Notes under the pieces: model-generated | The model's database searches: none | What the model saw: only the letters and a program-made list of their open reading frames with translations | Told to the model about the DNA's origin: nothing | Program-made: the position numbers and the translations under genes | In this document: positions 35,730 to 48,830 of the stretch, in pieces | How the letters are laid out: every line of letters begins with the position of its first letter | Position numbering within the stretch: the stretch's first letter is position 1 | DNA from: Stegostoma tigrinum | Lineage: Eukaryota | Reading direction: 5' to 3' | Assembly: GCF_030684315.1 (NCBI RefSeq) | Contig: NC_081384.1 | Span: 6,418,655 to 6,482,654, forward strand | Length of the DNA stretch: 64,000 nucleotides

Positions 35730-37985
35730 CATGGCGATGTCACATGGACTTATGGGTAGGGAAGTTTTGAATCTCGAGAGAGTGAGCTGAAATATCTGGT
35801 CCTTTTCAAAATCTCTTACAAAATCTACCATATCAAGGTAGCCTGCAACTAGTTTTTACATGCAATAGATTATATCTTGTAAACTATAAGAGACTCTTAG
35901 TTTGACCAGGAGGCCAGTTCCTTCTAGATCCTTCTAGAGAAGTCATAATTAAATAAAATTGAAAATTGAGTTAAACCGATTAAATCATAATTCTAGATCG
36001 TTCCCTGCAGAGTAGTGGAGAAACGTGACTCTGGCGATTTCAATTCAGAATTCGTAAGAGACACAATTGTGCTAGATTACTGGTGAGACTTTGTCAGATT
36101 TATCTCAAATCTACAGAAGACCTAACTCTAGAGAAAGGCTTTCAGATGATGAAGAAATACAGATCATTACCAAGCAGAGAAGATCAATCTTTATGAGGAG
36201 ATCAGCAGATTCCATTCAATTCCTACAAAACCATAAAGAACACAATCCAATACAGTGAGTGGGACAGGCACTAGACATTGAAAGATCTTGTCCATGTGAC
36301 AGGGCAATGAAAATCCACAGGCACAGACACTGCCCAATTTTCAAAAGTTAATTCTTTTTCTGTCTCACAACAGGTTACTTTCAGAAAATACGTGAATTGT
36401 GGACATAGTTTCTGAAAAACAATTATGGGCAGCACAGTGGCTCAGTGGTTAGCACTGCTGCTTCATGGCACCAGGGACCTGGGTTCAATTCCAGCCTCAG
36501 ACTGTGTGGAGTTTGCACATTCTCCCTCTGTTTGTTTTCCCCAGGTGCTCCGGTTTCCTCCCACAGTCCAAAGATGTGCAGGTGAGATGGATTGGCTATT
36601 CTGAATTACCCATAGTGTCTAGGATGGGAAATGCAGGGATAGGGTAAGGGGTGGGTCGGGGTGAAATGCTCTTCAGAGCATCAGTGTGGACTCGATGGTT
36701 CAAATGGCCTGCTTCCACACTGTAAGGATTCTACAAAATCAAATAGCTATCCACACATAAAAGGTTACAAATTAAATCAGTCTACAACAAAAGAAAAATC
36801 CAAAAAGTGTACTTAGGGACAATTGATGATCCAGATCTTACATTTTGGAAAGATGTCATTTAATTCAATGGTCATCTCATGAATTTCAAGTTAGATGAGT
36901 GTCATGATGTTATCAGAGTCATCGTTAAGAAAATAGCCCAGGAGGAATAGCACTTAAGGTTAAAAGCATGCTACAAGCAACTGCCCAATAGAAGCAAAGC
37001 CAAATTGTAGAAAACCTACATGTACTTTGCAATTAAGAATTCTGTCTTGACAGGAAAACACATGTTGAGCTCAATGGCAGAAAGAATTCAACTTATAAAG
37101 TTAAAGAGCTGCCAGTCAATGAACAACTTCAATCAAAACATGAAGACAGCTCAGACTGCAAGGAGCAACAAGGTTTGCAAAGAGCAACAAGCAATACAAA
37201 AGCTAATAAAAAAAATAACTGCTTGAGCCGACTGAAATCAAAAGCTGGTATAACTCAGAGTGCTATACAGCCTAGTAATCAAACAGCCAGGAAAGATTCA
37301 CTTCTGACATAATGGTCAGAAAAAGTCCAATTCAAGTATAATAATTGAGTTCCTTTTCTTCCCAGGAAGCATGCTTTGTAGCTATAGTACAGATCTCTCC
37401 ATGCCAGAAGCTATCCTCAACTAGCAGAAAGTGGATTCAATGATGAAATTACTGAAGATGGATGAGAAAGCCCGAACCAATCAGTATTTGAAATAAAAAG
37501 TTGACAATCCTCTGTACAAATCCACAGGTGGATAAAGCTCTGAAGGCACAGAATGAAGATGTGGTGCATGTAACTCAGTGGAAGCCACCACTGAGAAGGA
37601 ACGGCCAATGTCCAACAATTCAAGGCCTTGCAAGGAAGATAATGCTTGTTGTTTCGGAGATTGAGGATAGGGCAAAGGAAGAAGTTGTCTGTCCCATCAG
37701 GGAAGCCATCACTTGTGAAGAACATCCAAGAGATTAAAAATTCTCCTATTTAAAAAGGGATGTTACACTGTTAGGAAGAGATTTTGTGATAAAGGTCGTC
37801 GAATCAGTAAACTCCCAAACATCCAAGTCCAAAAAGAGAGAAGTCTAATTCCATTCTCAGAGAACTGTGAAACTGGATTCTGAAACTGTAACGTCAGAGA
37901 CCTGGTGATGGAGATGAGGCACTGATAAATGGAATGGTCTAAATAGATGTATGTTATCAATCATGAAAACTGGTTTTGGAAGAGA
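35730..37985 (+). mobile_element. Heavily decayed Gypsy internal region (gag, protease, pol remnants)
   Basis: SEFVRDTIV, EDLTLEK, decayed Zn knuckle (HRHCP), NGHLMNFKLD protease-like segment. Confidence 0.6.
36427..36735 (+). mobile_element. V-SINE (HE1-like) inside Gypsy relic
   Basis: GGGCAGCACAGTGGCTCAGTGG, GGTTCAATTCC, V domain. Confidence 0.92.
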
Positions 37986-38147
37986 TGTTGTACATGAGTT
38001 TGAAAGAGTTATTATTGAGGAATGTTATATGTACCAACCGCTATGATGGTATCAAATGGTCTTGTGGGGTGAACAGTTGAGAATCACAAAAAGAATGAAG
38101 CCCTAACACCTGGTCCTCTCAATCTCTGTCACAATATCAAATCAATT

Positions 38148-38450
38148 GGGCAGTATGGTTAGCACTGCTGCCTCCTAGCGCCAGGAACCTCAGTTCAATT
38201 CCATCAACAACTGACTGTGTGTGGAGTTTGCATGTTCTCCCTGTGTCTGTGTGGGTTTCCCCCTGGTGTTCTGGTTTCCTCCCATAATCAAAAGATGTAC
38301 AGGTTAGGTGGATTAGCTGTGGGAAGTGCAGGGTTGTGGGTATAGGGTGGGGGGTGGAGGGGTGTGTCTGCGTAGGATGCCCTTCAATCGGTCAATATGG
38401 ACTCTATGGGCCAAATGGCGAACTTCCACAATTTAGGGACCCTATAATTC
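38148..38450 (+). mobile_element. V-SINE (HE1-like)
   Basis: Head, V domain and decayed tail. Confidence 0.88.
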
Positions 38451-39489
38451 TACATCAATTTAACCTCTAACCAATTGCCAATATGTTGAAATAACTTCAG
38501 AGACTGGTATCCTGTCACTAAAAATCACATTTTATTTACACGTGGAGAGTCATTGACACTGTTGCAGTTCTCTCAGAGGCAGCTCTAAGAGTGAGCAGAA
38601 CGTCTGACATTCCTGTTCTTATCTGTCAGCCCGGGCTCCCTGACTGGACCAGGTCAACAGCCCCAGTTAGGGAACTCATTCTATGAGGGCCGCCTGGCTA
38701 ACCTCATTACAACCCTCCGAGTTTAAGGATGTAGGCCGGTTTATTTTTTTCTGGAGATGCCTCCTGGGGTGTTTCAGCACCAGCTCAGGTTCCTTAAACT
38801 CTGCCTGGTGGTGTGTTACACATAATAGCTCACCACTTGCACTCTGAATTTCTCCCAAAATGCTTTCTTTTGTCCAGGCTGCATAGGTATTGAGGCAGTG
38901 ACTTCTGCCATGTCCATCTCAGATTCAGAGATATCTTCAATGCTTGATGGAGAGGGAGAACCCATGGTTTCTAGAACAGAGGAAAGGCAGTCGAGGAGCA
39001 GGTCACGTTCTGCTGCTGCACAGGTCTGTGATTTTCATATGGTCTACGTGATTGTTCAGGACCATTGCACCTGCCTGAACTTAAGATGTCACTGGGCCTG
39101 ACCTCATGTCGACCATACCTCTTACCCATGCAGGGCCATTCCTGTGGTTCCTGCACCAAATTTCATCCCTTGGACTAAATGCTCTCTCTCCCTTTTATGC
39201 CACTTCACCCTGCCCCCAGGTCCAGGTAGATCATATTTCACCTGGTGCGGATTCTTCTCCTCATCAACAACCCTGCTGGAGTTATCCCTGCATTCTCCTG
39301 AGAGATGGTCCTAAAGTCAACTAGGAACTAGGACAATTTGATATTGAGTGAAGCTGTAGGCTGTTTCTGTTAGCCTGCCTTCAAAACTTAGACTGCTCTT
39401 TCTGCCAAATCATTGAAAGACAGATGATAAGGAGCTGTTCTTATGTTGAATACAATTCAACTTTAGGAAATACTCAAATTCCCTGCTGG

Positions 39490-39998
39490 TAAATGGTGGT
39501 CTGTTATCTGTTATTCTTCAAAGAATTATGTACCTGGACCCTTACGTCCCTCTGTTCTATGGCAATACCTACTTTTAATTGTATAATCCCTATCATTGTT
39601 TGTCTTACCAAAATGCAATGCATCACATTTATCCATCTGCCACCCCCCAGTCGATTGACCCAATTGATCAAGATCTCTTTATAATCTAAGATAACCTTTT
39701 TCACCGTCTGCTATACCAACAATTTTGATGTTATCTATAAACTTATTCACCATGCCCTCTATATTCTCATCTAAATCATTTGTATAAGTGACAAACAAAA
39801 GTGAACACAGCACCAATCCCGATGGAACTCCTGGTCATAGGCCTTCAGTCCAAAAAACAACCCTCCACCACCACTCTCTTGTCATTAAGCAATTTTGTAT
39901 CCAACCGACAAGCTTGCCCTGAACCCCATGAGATCTAACTTTACTAATTAGTCTACCATGCAGAACCTTGTCAAAGATTTTATTAAAGTCCGAGTAGA
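39490..39998 (-). mobile_element. CR1 RT fragment inside the Gypsy element
   Basis: Antisense of DFNKIFDKVLH; EQRDVRVQVHNSLK. Confidence 0.8.
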
Positions 39999-40284
39999 AC
40001 TGATAGCATCGCAGATTTGACCAAAACTCGGAGTCATATATTTCCCTTGGCTAAATCCGTCAACTCTCAAAAGGTTTTAGTATCTGGTGTGTCAGCCAAT
40101 GTTAGGTTCCTAATAACTGAAAAAGCTGCATGTCTACAAGCTGTCTGGAAAAAAAAATTCTCATTTGTTTTCCTCTTCCCCAATGTAATTTGTTGGGAAA
40201 AAATAACATTCTTTCTACATACTTGCCCCAGTCTTCAAGAGTAGAATCAAAATCAAGTTTCCCAAAAGCAACAATGATAGAAAT

Positions 40285-40399
40285 CAGAGATAATGGGAAC
40301 TGCAGATGCTGGAGAATCCGAGATAACAAAGCGTGGAGCTGGATGAATTCAGCTTTTGTGCTCCTAAGATGCTGTGTTCATCCATTTCCACATTTTGTT
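40285..40399. mobile_element. 115-bp PLE family A mini-insertion (inverted piece plus sense piece) with 15-bp TSD, in Gypsy gag
   Basis: TSD AACAATGATAGAAAT at 40270-40284 and 40400-40414. Confidence 0.88.
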
Positions 40400-40709
40400 A
40401 ACAATGATAGAAATGTTTACCTCCAACTTAAAGATGATTGTCACCAGCAAATTCCTTCTGGGGCATGGTTTTATCTCATCGCCACTAAAATAACTCCACA
40501 GAGGCCAGTATCCCATCACCAAGTCACCCTTTATTTACACATGGAGAGTCCTTAACACTGATTCAACTCTCAGAGTGAACAGAGCCTCTGACATTCCTAT
40601 GCTTATCTGTCAGTCAGGGGTCTCTGATTGAACCAGATTAATAGCCTCAATCAAGGAACTCAGATTCTATAAGGTCCTGGATGACCTTGTTACATACTTC
40701 CTTAAAATT

Positions 40710-41035
40710 CATTCATGGGATGAGAGCATCACTGGCTAGGTCAGCATTTATCGCCCATCCCTAATTACCCAGAGGGCGGTTTAATAAGCAACCTCATTGC
40801 TGTGGTTCTGGAGACACATGTAGTCCAGACCTGGTAAGCATGGTATTTTCTTTTCCCAAGATGCATCTTGCCAACAATCAACAATCAACAATGGATCCAT
40901 AGTTATCATTAGACCCTTAATTCCAGACTTTTAAAAAAATTCAATTCAAATTCCACCATCTGCTGTAGCAGGATTTGAACACAGGTATCCAGAACTCCAC
41001 CAAGTTTTCTGGGTTGATAGTCTAGCGATTATACT
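40710..41035 (-). mobile_element. tRNA-derived SINE (family of 15668)
   Basis: GCATTTATCGCCCATCCCTAATTACCC...GGATTTGAAC (antisense B box). Confidence 0.85.
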
Positions 41036-41999
41036 TAGCTCAAAGGAAACCACTTCCTGTTAAACTGGAAGAGTCTCTTGCAGTTAACAAGATTGAGTTT
41101 GTTGCATATGTAATGGGGTGGCACATGGATAGGGTGGCAACAGGGTCGGGTGGAAAGTGGTTAGGTGACTGAGGTAGAGATATGCTGATTGCTGGCAGTT
41201 GGGCCATTAGAGGTTGTCACAGAATTGTTACGGCCACAGAAAGAGGCCATTCAACCCATCTTACATGCACCACTTGTATTAACTCGTGCTAATCTGCTGT
41301 CATTTTCTCATTTCACTGCACACCATGTCTACCCAAATAATCACCAATGACTCTTGGAGGCATCAATGGAACAGAATTGGTCATGAGCAAGTCAGGCTGG
41401 GCTGGGGACGGCAGGGTAGTCAGATCTGATCAAGGCCTTAGTAAGGCTTGGTCTGAGATAGCAGGGAGTTCAGGGATGTGGTCAGGGCTTAAAATGGTTG
41501 ACTAAGGGAGCTCAATGTCAGTGTTCTATCACTACCCCAGAGTCAGAGTAGGAACTTTCTGCATAACATTTCCTGAATAATACACTAGGTTAGTAAATTG
41601 ACTGTCTGGTTGGACCTCAGAGACTAGGCAATCTAAGCCTATGTTTAAAAGTGATTTTTTTAAAAAATTCCAATTGGGTGAGGGAAAGATTGGGTGACTG
41701 AAAGTGAGCAGGTTGGTGATAAGCACAGCCAATAAGAGTTGACAATCTAACCGCATAATCCAGAAAAGGCCATGATGGAACATTGCCCCTTTAAACATCG
41801 ATTCATACTTTGTGCAATGAAGTGTGCAGCAACAAGTAGACAGTGAGTTTGATGGGAGGTGTGCCAGTTGTACAATGTGCCACACTAGTAACAATCTACA
41901 TCATTAATAGCAACAGCCCTGTCAGTCAGGTAGGATGTTTGAGACATACAGAGAGACAATGCTGCTGTGCAGCCAGCTACTCGATCACATTCACTGAAT

Positions 42000-42128
42000 C
42001 TGATGCAAGGGTCTAGACCTGAAACGTCAGCTTTTGTGCTCCTGAGATGCTGCTTAGCCTGCTGTGTTCATCCAGCTTCACACTTTATTATCTTAGATTC
42101 TCCAGCATCTGCAGTTCCCATTATCTCT
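42000..42128 (+). mobile_element. PLE family A terminal repeat only; hammerhead has a 1-nt insertion
   Basis: CTGATGCAAGGGTCTAGACCTGAAACGTCAGC...CCCATTATCTC; possible short TSD AATCTGAT. Confidence 0.88.
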
Positions 42129-42534
42129 AAATCTGATAATTGTTTAAGAACATGCTTTGCACCTACTACTCCTTCCTCTGCATGTAATAATTTTAAAGCA
42201 TCTGACTTTTGCTGTACATTTTCCTTTGCATGGCCAGTAAACTGTCAGTGTGTAGATGTTCAGGAACCATTATGCTGCGCAAAAAGCACATTAAGACATA
42301 AATGAGAGTATACGTTGGGGTAACTGAGCATAAAATGTGTGTGACATGAGGAAGTCCTTCACCTTTACTTTCAGGAGCCCATTTCGCACAGGTTTGATAT
42401 TGTATTGGGCGCTATATAGCTTCAACCTTCAGCTGGTCAACAGGTCCAGGCAAATGTCAGTTACCTCAGGCAATGAACATCACTGTGATTTTATTGACAT
42501 TTACAAACAATGACAAAACTAATCGAGATCAGTA

Positions 42535-42750
42535 CAGATAACAAGGTGTGAAGCTGGATGAACACAGCAGGCCAAGCGACATCAGAGGAACAGGAAAGCT
42601 GACGTTTCAGGTCTAGACCCTTCTTCAGAAAAGGGTCTAGACCTGAAACGTCAGCCTTCCTGCTCGTCTGATGCTGCTTGGCCTGGTGTTCATCCAGCTC
42701 TACACCTTGTTATCTCAGATTCTCCAGCATCTGTACTGCCTTTTATCTCT
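42535..42750. mobile_element. Palindromic PLE family A derivative centred on the hammerhead
   Basis: ~85-bp arms; centre GTCTAGACCCTTCTTCAGAAAAGGGTCTAGAC; near-TSD GAGATCAGTA (42525-42534) / GAGAGCAGTA (42751-42760). Confidence 0.9.
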
Positions 42751-43569
42751 GAGAGCAGTAGAATTGGGTTTATTCCTGAAATATGAATATCATGTTAAGG
42801 GAGTTAAATTCAGTCTCTTTATTTTTACCTTTTGTATTCTCCATCCATTCCCTTTGTCCTCCTTTCTCTGTGGGAATTCCATTTCTACAGGCCCTCCCAC
42901 CACACCACCTCCTTCCGCATAACACCCCTCCCCAACCTGAATCCATCATTGCTACTCATTATACAACATACCAGTTTATCAAATAATTGAAATTCACTGC
43001 CCATTTATCCCCAACTTTCATCTCTTTCTTGCTCCCCTCTTTTGTTATATCTGCTCCAGCCATGCCTGCTTCAGTTCTATGGCTTTCAGTCACTCCAAGA
43101 AGGGGGATATCTTTTTATGGGATTGAAGTTTGGTTGACAGGCTCTTAAATCAGGACAGAAGTTATTTCTCTCACCAGCAGTCATCACTCACACATGTAAA
43201 ATGGCTATCAGGGAAAGGCACCTGAATTAATCTTCCCTTTGCAATCTCTAGATACCAAGGTACTCAACCTAAGCCCTACCAGAGATGGCTTCATGCTGTA
43301 GAAACTTGGACACTGAATCTTGTACCTTCCTTGTCTGTTGGCTCACCAGATACTCACCAATCTAAAATCAATCAGTTTAAATTTGGGATTGATAGTTGCC
43401 ATCCAAGAATGTTCAATGAAATGGAAGATCAACAGGTGGACAATGAATTGGCTGTGGTCTTCTTGAATAGTGAAATAGACTCAGGGGAACTGGATGTCCT
43501 CTTCCTGTTCCTGTATCCTTAAGCTATGTACATCTCTTTTTGAAAGAATTAAGTATTTTCTTTCCTAAT

Positions 43570-43780
43570 AAAAACAGCAAGAGAAACTCAACAGGTCTGG
43601 CAGCACCTGTGCTGAGAGAAAGTCAGAGTTAACATTTTAAATCTTCTTCAGAAATTTGAAGAATTTTGCTTTTGAAGAAGCAATGTTAACTCTGTTTTAC
43701 TCTTCACAGATGCTGCTAGACCATCTGAGATTCTTCAGCTTTTGCTGCTTTATTTTAAATCTGCAGCACTTTGCTTTTAT
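43570..43780. mobile_element. Palindromic old-family PLE derivative
   Basis: CAGAGTTAACATT / AATGTTAACTCTG arms, central TCTTCTTCAG / TGAAGAAG. Confidence 0.7.
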
Positions 43781-44479
43781 TTTCTGAACTAATCTATCAA
43801 CTCTTTAGTTCACCCCTCTCTACAACTATGCACTTCTACATTCGTCCAATCACCTACTTCTCTCCCTCAATTTATATCACAATTGAGAATAAGTCTACAA
43901 AAGTTGGATTTTTATTGGTAGCAGTTATCCTAAACAACCGATTTTTGGCCAATCAACAGCACAGGCTAATATCCATTGAGGTACGTGCAGGAGGCTTTCA
44001 GGGTCCTGTGACACAGTGGTAGTGTTGCCACCTCTGGCCCAGAATATCCAGGTTCCTGCTCTGCAGCTGAAAAAGTTGATTAAAAATAGCTACTTGATGA
44101 AGGCAAGGGTGAGAGGGATGAGCAATTACATCAGCAACATTGGGAAAGGTTAATGATTATCTTCCCCTGCAATCAATGGGACAGAAGCCATAAGAAAGGA
44201 AATGAGATGCAGGAGAAAGAAAAAGGGAAATAACTTGCCTTATTTTTCAAAGGAAAAGCAAATGGAGAAAAACAATAATTGAAAAATTAATTCTGATTGT
44301 GTACATTGGAAAAGGGAGATTAATTCACTATTTTGGAAAGCACCAATAAATAACACTTAAAAGAAGACTATATTGAACAAAGCGAGAGTATATTTTCTCC
44401 TTTCGAAGCCATACTTAGATTGCATCCATTAGCTCTGTTAAAGTACAGATGGCAAAATAATAACTGTGTAAGATGGAAT

Positions 44480-45290
44480 TAAAGGGAGGGTTTGCATTTA
44501 GATTCACCTTTTTTCACCTCAAGATGTTCAAAAGCACTTCATGCCACTTTCCTAAAGTAAGCACTATTATAATGTTGGAGACACAATGGCCTCATTGTAC
44601 ACTGCCAGGTCTAACTAATAACAGTGAGATAATGACTGGATCATCTGCTCCAGTGTTCTTGGCTGATGGATGAATGTTGGCCCAGGACACCAGGAGAAAT
44701 AGAAATTATGCTCCAAAATTATGAAATATTTTGATAGAGCATACAGGGAGGAACTGTTTACACTGGCAGGGAGATCAATAACTAGATGACATAGATTTGA
44801 AGCAGTTGGCAAAAGAACCAGAGAGAAGAATTTCAAATGCAGTGAGTTGTTAATACTCTAGAATACACTGCCTAAAAGAACAGGCAGAAGCAAATTTATT
44901 TCAATTGTAATAACTTGAATTTACATAACACCTTTAGCATAGAAAACATTGTAAGAGATGACATAGGAGAGTTGTCACACAAAATTTAGCACCAAGCCAC
45001 TGAACTGGGACAAGTTTGGTCGAAGGAATATCTCTGTTCTAACTTTCAAAGCAAAATTGGATATATTAGTTGAAAGTGGAAAGTTTGCGAGTCTATAGGG
45101 AACATATGAGATTATTTGATAACTCCAAGAGTGACGTTACAGGTTTGATGAACTGAAAGGCCTCATTCTGCTCCGAGAGAACTCTTGTGTTTATTCTTCA
45201 AATAGCATCACGGGATTTTCTACATCCACCTGATAAGGTGACAGCTGAAAACCAGCATATCTGATAGTGGCCTGAAATATCTGTTTAAAT
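44480..45290 (-). mobile_element. DeuSINE-like element split by CR1 and L2 tail fragments (~44700-45180)
   Basis: GAATGTTGGCCCAGGACACCAGGAGAA resumes as TTCTTCAAATAGCATCACGGGATTTTCTACATCCACC. Confidence 0.6.
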
Positions 45291-46019
45291 ATTGTAACCT
45301 AAAACATTCTCCATTCCTGACATCACTACAGAAAATTTAGAATGAGACTCCTGTGGAGTATTTTGGAGAATTTTAATTACTTGACATGAAACATTAACTG
45401 ATTTTTTTCTTCACAGATGCTGCTATTTCTGCTGAGCTTTTCCAGTAATTTCTGTTTTTGTTCCTGATTTACAGCATCTGCAGTTCTTTCAGTTTTTATT
45501 TGCCCCCGTTAACTCTTTGTGCTACCTCACTGAAAACCTCAATGTGATTAGTGAGACCTGATTTACCCTCAACAAATCTGTGCTGGCCTTCAATTACAGA
45601 AACACACCTTTGTTGTTTACAATTATTTTTTGGTGTATCGCCCGATGGATAAACATGAATGCACTGAAGGCTTGTACTGGGAACCAGATGTTATCGTCAT
45701 TAAAATGCTGTGAAAGTTTTTTTTTCAGTTGACAACTGAACTGATTGCAGGATATGAAGTGGAACAGTGACAGTCTGTCAATTCATCCTGTGCTGCAGTG
45801 CAAGAGCAAACTTTCTGTTTTGCAGAAACAGCAGTTTGTTGATGCCGAGATCCTGTCAAATATGGGCTAAAATATACAGTTTGTGAAAACAACAATAGTT
45901 TCTTCACAATTAATGAGCACCAAATTCTGGGGCAATCTGTTGATCAAATTTCTGAAGAAGTCATATGAGACTCAAAACATTAACTCTGTTTCTCTCTCCA
46001 CAGCTGCCGCCAGACCTAG

Positions 46020-46645
46020 AGTCATAGAGTTGTACAGCAATGGAAACAGAACCTTTGGTCCAACTCGTCCATGTTGACCAGATATCCTAAATTAATCTAG
46101 TCTCATTTGTCAGCATTTGACCCATATCTCTCTAAGCCCTTCTGACTCATGTATCCAGCCAGGTGCCTTCTAAATGTTATAATTGTACCAGCCTCTACCA
46201 CTTCCTCTGTCAGCTTTTCCATACACACATCACCCTCTGCGTGGAAAAGTTGCCCCTTAGGTCCCTTTTAAATCTTTCCCTCTCACCTTAAACCTATGCT
46301 CTCTAGTTTTGGACTCATCTACACTGGGGAAAAGACCTTGGCTATTCACCCTATCCATGCCCCTCATGACTTTATAAACCTCTAGAAGGTCACCACTCAG
46401 CCTCCAACACTCCAGGGAAAATGGCCTCAGCCTATTAACCCTCACTTTATAACTAAAACCCTCCAACCCCGACAACATGACCTACCAACTCCTATATTCG
46501 ATGGGCTGACCAATAAAGATTACCAAAAGCCTTTTTTTCACTATCCTATCAACCTATGAATCCACTTTCAAGGAACTATGAACCTGTACCCCAAGGTCTC
46601 TTTGTTTAGCATCACTCCCCAGGACCTTACCATCAAGTGAATAAG
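46020..46645 (-). mobile_element. CR1 LINE 3' end
   Basis: MLSGLEGFSYKVR...RLSGDLLEVYKVMRG. Confidence 0.9.
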
Positions 46646-47067
46646 TCAGTATTTTTTGTTTTTATTTAAGTTAATGGAAAATTCATGATTTCTGGATTCT
46701 GGGCTTACACAACTGTGTTGTTGAAAGCATCTCCTGAAGGATTTAAAAGTACTCAACCTTGTTTTTAAATGCTTCACCAATCATAGAGAAAAACTGGAGA
46801 AGTGGAGGGAATGCAAGATTCAGTGAGTTTCTTTTAGTCTATGTGTTAATAATATTAATGATCTGGAGGCAACCTGACCTGGCTACAGGATGGGATGGTG
46901 CCTTCACCCCTAGTAGTTGATGAATATTCCACCACAATCCTGATGAATGTTGGGACCGAGTGATCGCCAAACCTGTCCAAATCATGCTTTAAGTGTTTCA
47001 ACATCTCCTGGAATCATCTGTCTGTTTTGTTCTGCTATTGCCCTATTATCACCCACTTCAGGTGAGT

Positions 47068-47400
47068 GTCAGCATGGTGGCTCAGTGGTTAGCACTGTTG
47101 ACTCATAGTGCCAAGATCCTGGGTTTGATTCCACCCTCAGGCAACTGTTATGTAGAATTTGTACATTCTCCCAGTGTCTGCATGGGTTTCCTCCCACATT
47201 CCAAAAATCTGCAGGCGAGGTGGATTGGACATTCTAAACTGCCCGCAGAGATGTGAAGGCTAGGTGGATTAGCCATAGGAAAAGCAGGGTTACAGGGATA
47301 GGGTGGGGGTGTGGGTCTGGGTGGTTTGCTCTTCAGAGGGTTGGTGTGGACTTGATGGACTGAATGGCTTGTTTCTACACTGAAGGGATTCTATGATATG
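47068..47400 (+). mobile_element. V-SINE (HE1-like)
   Basis: GGTGGCTCAGTGGTTAGCAC head, V domain, GGGATTCTATG tail. Confidence 0.9.
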
Positions 47401-47879
47401 ATTCTTCCTTGCACCATCTTCCGTTTGTTAGTGAGTTGATTTGAAAATTCCATAAAGGAGATTGTTTGAGTCTTGTTCTGTACCAGATACAGAGGCAAGG
47501 CAAGTCAATGGAGTTAAGATACAGATCAGCCATGACCTAGCTAAACAATACAACATGCTGGATGGCCTTTTGCTATTCGCATGTTCTTTGCTGTTTCATT
47601 ATTCTCAACCTCAATCTATCAACAAACTTCCCTTTTGTTTTCTCTCAAACCTATTCTTTCTCAAAATCAGCATTTACTTCAAAAATTTGTTAAACCTCTA
47701 ACAACATTCAATTCCAATGAAATGTCTAAATGTGATCTAAAATCTCTCTCTGCACAGAGGCTGAGTATTCTAGGACATTCTGTCTTAGATGCAAAATATT
47801 TTTTCCACGCTCAAACACACTGCTGTCTGCATTTCCTTGAATTTAGGAACAGCAAAACTAGAGCTGAGATGCCAGTTGT

Positions 47880-48830
47880 TTTGTTGTTGGAAATCTACAT
47901 CCTTCCAGCTGTGGTGGATACTCAGCCAATCCAGTCTGACAAGGGTGGGGGAGAATGGGGCTAAGTTTATACAGATGCACCCCTGTTGATGACAGAAGAA
48001 AGCAGTCCGCGAGAGGCAGGTTTTGCCAAAAGTGAGGCAGGTCATATGGTTGTCAGGTGTTGTGTAGAGTTGTCATTGTTGGTATTGGATGCTGTTGCTG
48101 TAGTAACGGATTGTCACTACGCTCCAGCCAACATCTATAAGCTGCAACAGTCAATATTTAGGGCCTTTATATTACATTTCCAAGTATCCTTGAAGGGGAG
48201 TTTGGGTGTTATACTGGTCTTCTGGCTTGGATCACCTCACTACCCGGAAAATCCTTCGATGTGTGTTTGCCTTCTATTATGCAAATATGTCCAAGCAAGA
48301 GGGGCTCACCTCCACTTGATGAGAGCCACCTTACTTGGGAGTTTTGTACTGGAGAAGAATGCTGCCTTCACTATTTCATTCTCTCGTGGAAATACCTAGA
48401 ATGTGCCACATCAATCAAAGGTGAAAGTTGCGAAGCTTCCTCTCATGATATCTGTAAGCTGTCAATGTTTCAGAGCTGTACACTAAGATGCTGAGAGGAC
48501 TAACCTTGGCCTCTTTATCTTAAGAGTTAGTTTGATTTTCTTCTACGTGCATGTTATGTTTCAGCTCCAGGTAGTACATCTGACTGTACTGAGCGAACCT
48601 TGATATAAATAGCTGAATGCAACTTTCCTGCTGTGAATAACAAAGCTTTTCTTTTGATATAATCCTCAGATCCATTAAGTCACTGTATTCTTTCTTAAAA
48701 ATATCTGTGAATGTCGTTAAGCCAAAATTTCCACATAGCTGGCTTGATTTAATAGCAGAAGATTTAAAGTGTAAACCCAACGCTGAATGTGGGACTTCAG
48801 TTACACAGAGTGATGGGACATAGATATTTA
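47880..48830 (-). mobile_element. RTE-clade LINE ORF C-terminus (decayed)
   Basis: PKLPFKDTWKCNIKALNID, terminal Zn-finger relic TCLTFGKTCLSRTAFFCHQQGC, GAET motif upstream. Confidence 0.7.

Larger units (their letters stand above)
38487..40694 (-). mobile_element. Internally deleted Gypsy LTR retrotransposon with both LTRs (~40486-40694 and ~38487-38712)
   Basis: PBS-like TGGCGATGAG at 40484-40475; gag FGKLDFDSTLEDWGKYVERM; integrase C-term VWCRNHRNGPAWVRG...GPVT...HVDHMK; GGAGGG before the 3' LTR. Confidence 0.85.

Noticed and set aside
38480-40700. TSD for the two-LTR Gypsy element
   Set aside because: Flanks (TATGT vs TACTT) do not match cleanly
47986-48399. 137-aa plus-strand ORF
   Set aside because: Antisense frame of the RTE relic
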